Part shown: in pieces, positions 37,821 to 44,856 of the stretch
Position numbering within the stretch: position 1 is the stretch's first letter
Layout of the letters: each line of letters opens with the position of its first letter
DNA from: a bacterium
Lineage (GTDB): Bacteria; Calditrichota; Calditrichia; RBG-13-44-9; J042
Length of the DNA: 44,856 nt
Direction: 5' to 3'
Assembly: GCA_015485355.1 (NCBI GenBank)
Contig: WFTQ01000051.1
Location: forward strand, 1 to 44,856
Translations under genes and position numbers: made by a program
Notes under the pieces: generated by a model
Databases searched by the model: none
What the model saw: the letters and a program-made list of their open reading frames with translations, nothing else
What the model was told of the DNA's origin: nothing

Positions 37821-38183
37821 GGCTCTATCCTACATTCTTTACTGTGCGCTTTCTACATCCATTGATGAAGATTTGCAAGTGGAGTGCCAGAAAGCGCCCC
37901 CGGAGAAAAATGGGAGTAATCTATTGGTTTTTCGGTGATTGGATGCTTAAGAAGGTGGGGCGTGACGGCACGATGTTTCTCATTATTGAGAATTTTCCGG
38001 GGCCGGTATTCTCAGTTTTGAGAATCGCTTCCCGGCATAAGGGGCGGTGAGAAGTCAGGGATCAGTGGTAGTCGATCAAAAAAATCACCTGGATCATCGG
38101 GGCGGAGAGCCTGGGGATTTCAACCCCATGGGCCCGGATCAATGGGGGCACGCGGGGAATCGAGAACGAATCCCCGCAACCGG

Positions 38184-38645
38184 TCAGTCCGCTGCCCCGA
38201 AATCCTGCAAATACGTGCTCTGAATAAGCTCCCGCTCCGCCGCCTCGTGGGCCTCCAATTGCTTTAGCAGCGTAGTTATCTGATGACGAATTTCCGGAAA
38301 TTGATCGCAATCCCGGCAACTCAAAGCCTTCAAAGCCTCTACAATCCGGTCCAGGGTGTTAATGATTTCCTGATGTTGTGCCTCCAACTCTTTTAATCGA
38401 CTGTGGTTTTCCGGTTTAATCCGCAGCATGTCTTCGGTGAATCCCCCGTGTTCCTCCAGCTCAAAATGTTTTAACAGTTGATTGCGAAAATCGCGCAATC
38501 GCCAAACAAATTCCAGTTTCCAGGTGTCGAATGCTTCGCCGGATACCGGCCGTTGCATCTCTTCCAGGATGGCACCCATCATTTGTTTGAGCGCTTCGTG
38601 CTCTTTTTCGATCCTCAAAGTGATATCGGTTTTTCGGGCATCCAT
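38184..38645 (-). CDS. Hemerythrin-like (HHE cation-binding) domain protein
   Basis: 153 aa, helical, with H/E ligand motifs spaced in the HHE style (HEALKQM, HFELEEHGG, HQEIIN, HEAAERE). Confidence 0.5.
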   Translation of the reverse strand: MDARKTDITLRIEKEHEALKQMMGAILEEMQRPVSGEAFDTWKLEFVWRLRDFRNQLLKHFELEEHGGFTEDMLRIKPENHSRLKELEAQHQEIINTLDRIVEALKALSCRDCDQFPEIRHQITTLLKQLEAHEAAERELIQSTYLQDFGAAD

Positions 38646-38736
38646 GGAATCATCCTCCTTTTATTCGTTGTTTTCGATGTTCGGCGATTCGGCCGAAACT
38701 CCGCCCCCATGGCCTCCCTGCCTGCCCTGGGACTTT

Positions 38737-38759
38737 CCGGGTTTTCTTTAAAAACCCGG
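38737..38759. other. Perfect hairpin CCGGGTTTT-cttta-AAAACCCGG in the divergent intergenic region
   Basis: Seen in the sequence. It lies between the hemerythrin-like gene start and the NusG_II gene. Confidence 0.4.
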
Positions 38760-39040
38760 AGACGTTAGGCCCCCACTTGATGGGCCACACAACGTTCAAC
38801 GGTGTTTGTTTGCAAAACGATTGTATGCCAAGCCCGAATCGGGCGTTATAGGCTTCCGGATCGGTATTTGAATATCGGTAACGGAATATAGGATGATTGC
38901 AGGCGAAAACACAAGGAAAAGAAAAAACCGTTTGCCGATTGCGGTTGTCGGCGAACAATTCAATCCAGAGCTTGAATTTGTGAAATCAGGCATTTAATTT
39001 GCCCGTCCAAACGGAAACCGTGAAACCGACAGGTGGCAGT

Positions 39041-39664
39041 ATGAAACGACGCGAGGTTCTCAAAATTATATCCCTGGCCGGAGCGGCTGGACTCCTGGGT
39101 GGTGCGGAGTGGCTTTGGCCCCGATCTGCCCGGGCGTGGGTGTTGATTACCGACCGCCCCCGTCTGGATATTGCTCGTTTGCGGCGGGCGCTGGGGAGGT
39201 CGGCTAAGGCGCTGGAGCTGCACTATGCACCCGTGGAGGCGGCATCCCAGGATGTCACCCTGATTCGTCATGGGAGGGTTATCGATCCCTCGGAAGAAAC
39301 GACGGTGCCGGAGGGCATTGTGCATCTGGTTGCGGAGATGCGCCGGCGTTCCGCACCCGGGCATACGATGGTGATCCTCCAAACGCCGGTATCCGATCCC
39401 GCCCCTCGAGCGGACGTTCGGGTGGATGGGACCCTGCTGCTGCAATTGGATCCAAAGAAAAACTATAACCGCATTGAGGTTCCGGGTAGGGTGGGTAAAA
39501 CGGTGCTCAAGTGGCGGGATGGACGCATTCAGGTTGTAGAGGCCGGTTGTCGCCATAAACTGTGCCAGAAAATGGGTGCCATGGAACAGGGGCAACTGAT
39601 CTGTGCCCCGAATCGGTTGCTGGTTACCCTGCCTCCGCTGCCTTACGATGCCCTTGTGGGTTAG
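39041..39664 (+). CDS. NusG domain II (DUF1312)-like protein with Tat signal peptide
   Basis: Tat motif MKRREVLKIISLAGAAGLLGG. The C-terminus ...VVEAGCRHKLCQKMGAMEQGQLICAPNRLLV matches the DUF1312 C-x4-C...GQ.I.C.PN motif. It lies upstream of apbE. The track ORF starts at 38999. Confidence 0.55.
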   Translation: MKRREVLKIISLAGAAGLLGGAEWLWPRSARAWVLITDRPRLDIARLRRALGRSAKALELHYAPVEAASQDVTLIRHGRVIDPSEETTVPEGIVHLVAEMRRRSAPGHTMVILQTPVSDPAPRADVRVDGTLLLQLDPKKNYNRIEVPGRVGKTVLKWRDGRIQVVEAGCRHKLCQKMGAMEQGQLICAPNRLLVTLPPLPYDALVG

Positions 39665-39961
39665 CGCTCCCTTATCGGAATCGCGGCGTCGATGAATGAT
39701 CGGCGGTGCGCAGAGCAGGGGAATCATATGCGGGGGTTGAAACAATCCCGGAAATAGGGGAGCCGGACGGGTTTGGGCGGCGGAGACCGTTTCCCTATTC
39801 ACCCTACTGTAAGACGGACGGGTAATTCAGGTGGACTCTATAGTACCATGAAATTCCGCTATATCCTTTCATTATTTCCCAATCTGCCGTTCGGGAAGGC
39901 CTGGGGATGGAATCGCTTGGTGGACGGGATCAGAAAAAGGGGTTTTTGGGGAAAAAGCCGG

Positions 39962-40948
39962 ATGTGCCTGGGAATTTGGCTGGTGCTGATGGTATGGGGT
40001 ACTTCCTGCGATCGGCCCCAGGTGTTTCGTTTCACCCGTTTTTCCATGGATACTCTGGTGGAGTATACGGTGGTGGCGGCCAGTGGGGAGAGAGCCCGAC
40101 AGGCGGTAGAGGCGGCGCATCGGGAAATCCGGCGAATCGATTCCTTGTTCTGGGAGGAGAATCCCAATGGGCCGGTCTTTCGGTGGAATCACTCGCCGGG
40201 GGAAATGCCATTGCCCCGGGAGGTGGCGGAATTGCTCCGACGAAGCCTGGTCTATAGCCGGGAGTCCGGGGGGGCTTTCGATGTGACCATCAAGCCGGTA
40301 CTGGATTTATATCCTTTTGGGCGGGAACATCCGCGGCCTCCCTCAATCGACCGAATCACCCGGCGGTTGTCCCGGGTGGGGTGGCAATTTCTCAAACCCG
40401 ATAGCGGAGGTGTGGTACGCAAAGCCTATCCGGATGTGCAGGTGGCCTTAGGTGGTGTGGCCAAAGGCTATGCCGTCGATCGGGCGGTGCAGGTGTTACG
40501 AAACCAAGGCATTCGTCAGGCAATCGTCAATGCCGGTGGGGATTTGTATTGTCTGGGAAACAAGGCCGGCCGTCCCTGGGTGGTAGGCGTTCGGCATCCC
40601 CGAAAATCCGCCGAAGTGATTGCCGTGTTACGCTTGCAAAATCGGGCCGTGGCGACTTCGGGGGATTACCAGCGGTTTTTTTGGTATCAAGAAAAGCGCT
40701 ATCATCACATTTTGGATCCCCGAACGGGGCGTCCTGCAAGAAAGGCCCAAAGCGCCACAGTGGTGGCCCCGACCACGGAACAAGCGGACGCTCTGGCTAC
40801 CGCACTCTTTGTGATGGGTCCCCGGCAGGGATTGAAATGGATCGATCGCATGCCGGAAATAGAGGCCATGGTGGTGGATTCTGCGGGAACGATGCATTAT
40901 TCCCGGGGTTTTCAGAAATATCTTTACCCGAAAAAAGAAGCATTTTAG
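39962..40948 (+). CDS. apbE: FAD:protein FMN transferase (ApbE family), lipoprotein
   Basis: ApbE motifs are present (FSMDTLVEYTV, GAFDVTIKP, LGGVAKGYAVD, NAGGDLYCLG). Lipoprotein signal MCLGIWLVLMVWGTSC. The track ORF starts at 39773; an alternative start is at 39848. Confidence 0.88.
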   Translation: MCLGIWLVLMVWGTSCDRPQVFRFTRFSMDTLVEYTVVAASGERARQAVEAAHREIRRIDSLFWEENPNGPVFRWNHSPGEMPLPREVAELLRRSLVYSRESGGAFDVTIKPVLDLYPFGREHPRPPSIDRITRRLSRVGWQFLKPDSGGVVRKAYPDVQVALGGVAKGYAVDRAVQVLRNQGIRQAIVNAGGDLYCLGNKAGRPWVVGVRHPRKSAEVIAVLRLQNRAVATSGDYQRFFWYQEKRYHHILDPRTGRPARKAQSATVVAPTTEQADALATALFVMGPRQGLKWIDRMPEIEAMVVDSAGTMHYSRGFQKYLYPKKEAF

Positions 40949-41098
40949 ATATCGGCCCGGGCGGAAGGACGGGAGAACGTCACACAAACCAAGCAAAGAG
41001 ATGCTTTTGTGATAGGAAAGGGTCGCTTTTTAAAAAGGGGTTGAGGGTCGCTTGGATCGAAGGTCCTCTTGTTTGGGAATGCAAAGAGGGTGCGAGGT

Positions 41099-42706
41099 AT
41101 GGCAAAGGCAGGGTTAAATGATTGGAAGAATTCGCCGGTGGTACGCCGGCAGTTACAGGAAAAGGGCTTGACGGTGGAGCATGTCGAGAAGCAGCTGGAG
41201 CGTTTTCAGAGAGGATTTCCTCGCATTCAGCTGGAACGCCCCTGCACCATTGGTGATGGCATACGGCGGCTGTCGATATCGGAAGAGGACGAATATATCG
41301 CCCTGTACGAAGAGGCGGCGGCCGGAGGACGCGCCATGAAGTTTGTTCCTGCCTCCGGGGCGGCCACACGAATGTTCCGGGATTTACAAAACATTCTATC
41401 CCATTATTCGCGATACCGGTCTCGGTTGCGGCAGGGGGTGGATCGCATCAACGAAACCCAATTGGAACCCCTGAAACGCTTCGTTATGAATTTGCCCCGC
41501 TTCGCTTTTTTCGAGGCCCTCCAGGATGCACTGCAAAAGGATGGTTATCTGCTGGAAACACTTCTGAAAAATGCAGATTATGACATCTTGCTGGAGTATT
41601 TATTGTCCGAAAAAGGACTCCATTACGGGCAACTGCCCAAGGCATTGATTTTGTTTCATCGCTATCCACAGGGACCGCGCACCCCGATGGAAGAACACCT
41701 GGTTGAAGGGCGAGGCCATGTACGAGACGCCCAAGGACGGGTGCGCATTCATTTTACCGTACCCGGGGCCTTTCGGGACACCATTGCCCGCTTCTTGCAA
41801 AACGTTGGACCCCGATACGCAGAGCGCGGGACGCGTTTCGTGCTGGACTATTCCACGCAGAACCCCGCCCTGGATATTGTCGCCGTGGATTTTAACAATC
41901 GTCTGGTGCAGGATGCCTCGGGGCGTCTGGTGTTTCGTCCCGGCGGCCATGGTGCCCTGCTGGAAAATTTGAATCGTTTGCAGGGGGACATAATTTTTAT
42001 CAAAAATATCGATAACGTAGTGCCGGACCCCTTCAAAGCGCCCGTCATTCGCTACAAAAAGGTGTTGGGGGGAATCCTGGTGTGGGTGCAGGGGCAAATC
42101 TTTCAATTCCTGCGGTGGCTGGAAACGCCCCGGGTGACATCGGATCAGTGGAAAACCATCGAAACATTTTTACGTGATTGGTTTTATCGGGTTTTCCCGG
42201 AAGATTATCACCGTTGGAGTCCCCAGCGTCGTCGGGACTTTTTGCGAAGACAACTGAATCGGCCTATAAGGGTGTGCGGTATGGTAAAGAATCAAGGCGA
42301 ACCCGGTGGCGGCCCTTTCTGGGTGCGGGGAAGGGACGGAACCATATCCCTTCAGATTGTGGAAGAGGCTCAGGTGGATTTGGACGACCCGCTCCAACAA
42401 CGGGTATGGCAACAGGCCACTCATTTTAATCCCACCGACCTGGTTTGCGGGGTACGCAATTACCGTGGACAACCTTTCGATCTAATGCAATTTCGCGATC
42501 CGGAAACCGGTTTCATTACCGTGAAATATCTGAATGGAAAAGAAATCAAAGTAATGGAGCTGCCGGGCTTGTGGAACGGTTCCATGGCTTTCTGGAATAG
42601 TATTTTTGTGGAAGTGCCCCTGGAAACGTTCAATCCGGTGAAAACGGTTTTCGATTTATTGCGGCCCCGCCATCTGGACCGGGCGAATGGGGAGCGGAGA
42701 CAATGA
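41099..42706 (+). CDS. DUF4301-like protein (predicted nucleotidyltransferase-fold)
   Basis: About 535 aa. The N-terminal pattern (...KGLTVEHVEKQLERFQRGFPRIQLERPCTIGDGI...) resembles the DUF4301 family as I recall it. Unverified. Confidence 0.4.
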   Translation: MAKAGLNDWKNSPVVRRQLQEKGLTVEHVEKQLERFQRGFPRIQLERPCTIGDGIRRLSISEEDEYIALYEEAAAGGRAMKFVPASGAATRMFRDLQNILSHYSRYRSRLRQGVDRINETQLEPLKRFVMNLPRFAFFEALQDALQKDGYLLETLLKNADYDILLEYLLSEKGLHYGQLPKALILFHRYPQGPRTPMEEHLVEGRGHVRDAQGRVRIHFTVPGAFRDTIARFLQNVGPRYAERGTRFVLDYSTQNPALDIVAVDFNNRLVQDASGRLVFRPGGHGALLENLNRLQGDIIFIKNIDNVVPDPFKAPVIRYKKVLGGILVWVQGQIFQFLRWLETPRVTSDQWKTIETFLRDWFYRVFPEDYHRWSPQRRRDFLRRQLNRPIRVCGMVKNQGEPGGGPFWVRGRDGTISLQIVEEAQVDLDDPLQQRVWQQATHFNPTDLVCGVRNYRGQPFDLMQFRDPETGFITVKYLNGKEIKVMELPGLWNGSMAFWNSIFVEVPLETFNPVKTVFDLLRPRHLDRANGERRQ

Positions 42707-42866
42707 GGGGAATGCACGAGGGCGGCCCGATGGGGAAGCCGGCGTTGAAGAGGTGTTCCCCTTGTTTGTGGGGGATCGTTTGAATGGGCCTCTGTTGCCG
42801 GAAATGTATTTGCAAAGGTGGGGGATAATGCATTAATTTTACACCGACGAAACGCAATGGAATAGA

Positions 42867-44087
42867 TTGCAGGAATACTATTTAACAATCATTATTCTTT
42901 CCCTCATTTTTTCCTTTTACTTTTCGGGAACGGAAACGGCTTTTGTATCGGTCAACAAAGTGCGGGTGGAACTATGGCGACGGCAGGGCCGGCGGGCCGC
43001 CCGGTTGATATACCAATTTCTTAAAAAACCGGAACGTTTTCTATATACGACCCTGGTCGGGAACAACATCTTCAACGTGGCTTTCGCCTCCTTTGCGACC
43101 ATTTATTTCAATCAGTACCTGAATTCCAAACTCACCTGGCTGGGAATTGTACTGTGCACCATTGTATTAGGGGAGATCATTCCCAAAACGGTATTCCGCA
43201 GTCTGGCCGAATGGGTTGTGCGAGGGGTGGTGTTTCCACTGGAATTTTTTTATCGCCTCTTTTACCCTCTTATTTATATCGTCAGTCGTATTTCGGAAGC
43301 GTTCTTGGGGCTCCTGGGTGTAGAATGGGGGGAATTGCAACGGTTTTTCTCTAAAAAGGATATCGAGATTCTATTGTCCGAAAGTCAGGAAATGGTGCGT
43401 CGCATCCCCGGGCGGGAAAGTGAATTCTTGAAACGGATACTGGAGATGCGCGAACTCCGGGTTCGCGATGCTATGATTCCGCGTACCGAAATTATCGCCG
43501 TGTCCAAAGATCGATCTTTGAAAGAGGTCACGGAATTGTTCCATAAGTATGGCTTTACTCGAATGCCAGTCTATAGCGGAACGCTGGACAATATCGTGGG
43601 GGTTGTTTTTCTTAGAGACCTTTTCCGGCAGCCGAAGAGTTTGAAAGAGATGATTCGTCCGGTCATGATGGTGCCGGACAGTAAACGGGTCATCGAGCTG
43701 CTGTCGGAGTTTCGGGAAAACAATACCAGCATCGCCATTGTGGTGGACGAGTATGGGGGGACGGCGGGATTGGTCACCACCGAAGACCTGATTGAGGAAT
43801 TGTTCGGGGAAATTCGGGATGAATACGACACCACACCATCCCTCATCCGCAAACTGGATGAGCGAACTTATAGCGTGAACGCCCGCATTGAAATTGAGCA
43901 ATTGAATCGAGAGCTGGGGATTCATTTACCCGAAGGCGATTACGAAACTCTGGCGGGATTTTTATTATTCCATCTGGGGCGCATTCCCCGTCGCGAAGAA
44001 ACGTTGGCTTTTCAGGATATTCAATTCATTATCACACGGGCCACCCGTCGGAAGATTGAATGGGTTAAGCTGGTGCTTCCGCAATAA
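42867..44087 (+). CDS. CNNM/CorC-HlyC-family transporter (DUF21 + CBS pair + CorC_HlyC)
   Basis: 406 aa with N-terminal 4-TM DUF21 (GTETAFVSVN), tandem CBS domains and a C-terminal transporter-associated domain. Confidence 0.88.
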   Translation: MQEYYLTIIILSLIFSFYFSGTETAFVSVNKVRVELWRRQGRRAARLIYQFLKKPERFLYTTLVGNNIFNVAFASFATIYFNQYLNSKLTWLGIVLCTIVLGEIIPKTVFRSLAEWVVRGVVFPLEFFYRLFYPLIYIVSRISEAFLGLLGVEWGELQRFFSKKDIEILLSESQEMVRRIPGRESEFLKRILEMRELRVRDAMIPRTEIIAVSKDRSLKEVTELFHKYGFTRMPVYSGTLDNIVGVVFLRDLFRQPKSLKEMIRPVMMVPDSKRVIELLSEFRENNTSIAIVVDEYGGTAGLVTTEDLIEELFGEIRDEYDTTPSLIRKLDERTYSVNARIEIEQLNRELGIHLPEGDYETLAGFLLFHLGRIPRREETLAFQDIQFIITRATRRKIEWVKLVLPQ

Positions 44088-44856
44088 CAGCGGCACGGCC
44101 GTGGGTGCTAAAGCGTTCAATGTGGACATCCAAGAGGAGATCGACAAAGGGTATCTTCTCAAGAAAGAAAAAGGAGGAGATACCCATGAATCGCGGTTTC
44201 TGTGTGCTCCATTTTCAGTTCGGTGATGTTTTCAATCCCCTATTTGAGCGATGTGGGAAAAATTGTTGCCGCAACTCAACGATACTCTGGAAAAGGCGCC
44301 GGCCGCATATCGCGATCGTGTGATGAACCGCAGGGCCGGCAATGCGGGGCAATAGGAGGGTAGGCTGGTACAAATGTGTCAGGGGAGGGTAGGCAAAACC
44401 ATCCGGATTCGGGTTGTGGGCGCGGCGCCCGGGGCGGTTTCCACCGAGCGCGTCGTCTGTCATCCAATGCCAGCATTGACCCACGGTGACGGCTGATTGT
44501 CGCTGATGATTTCCCGTGCGACTGAGTGATTCTGCCTCTCTGGAATCAGGGGACGGCCTTTCCATCCGGGCGCCGTCGGGTCACCGGGGATGCCCTGCTT
44601 GATGCAGAATGTCAACATCGGGACTCGGCCGAATCCCGCCATTTTTTGTTGCCGTTTTTTATGAAAGTCCCTAATTTTCTCATGCCGTTCAGGAACCGCC
44701 TCCCCACCAACAGGACGTTGACGCAGCCGGTCTTTTTCAGGGTCTGAAAGCCGTATCCGTCCGCAGAGCGGATCGTTCACGAGGGTGGGCGATGGGTTGC
44801 GGGACGAAGGATCGGGTAAGCATAGCGTCGTGGCGGTCCGGTCGGGTGGGAGCGGG

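Noticed and set aside
38960-39802. 280-aa minus-strand ORF
   Set aside because: It is antisense to the Tat-signal NusG_II-like gene. The product is Arg/Pro/His-rich and low-complexity.

Overview
A 44.9-kb, high-GC bacterial chromosomal window with a T9SS C-terminal sorting domain and a b6-type cytochrome b, which point to the Bacteroidota/Ignavibacteriota/Chlorobiota (FCB) lineage. It is densely packed with genes. The content is listed below from 5' to 3'.

(1) A truncated IS66-family element (tnpA plus an N-terminal tnpB portion, imperfect terminal inverted repeats) flanked by a low-GC islet carrying a Cys-rich membrane protein and a DUF1059 gene.

(2) An approximately 1.1-kb gene-poor stretch with several hairpins.

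(3) A cluster of secreted hydrolases: gamma-glutamyltransferase, a PepSY membrane protein, an M20 peptidase, an MBL-fold hydrolase and an M28/PA peptidase.

(4) An EVE-domain protein and two tandem Crp/Fnr regulators with a TGAT-N4-ATCA box between them.

(5) The most notable locus: a porin-cytochrome-like outer-membrane electron conduit (a C-terminal-aromatic beta-barrel, a 12-heme cytochrome of 304 aa, and a 7-9-heme lipoprotein cytochrome). It lies immediately upstream of a Rieske / cytochrome b6-type / membrane-anchored nonaheme cytochrome c complex.

(6) An SPFH/stomatin-NfeD operon that contains an odd small basic repeat protein.

(7) An orphan MerR regulator with the exact Hg-MerR cysteine spacing.

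(8) DUF47-PiT phosphate transporter genes.

(9) A TolC-MFP-RND efflux operon.

(10) A large W/YD-like-repeat T9SS cargo protein.

(11) A tightly coupled sulfur-trafficking operon (SQR-like flavoprotein, DUF1641, DsrC/TusE, DsrE-like) headed by a MerR-family regulator with an eight-cysteine C-terminal domain.

(12) A hemerythrin-like protein, a Tat-signal NusG_II (DUF1312) protein plus the ApbE flavin transferase, a DUF4301-like protein, and a CNNM/CorC-HlyC transporter.

CDS coordinates follow the supplied ORF track, with start sites refined by arithmetic on that track. Coordinates for hairpins and motifs are approximate (+/- 2 nt).
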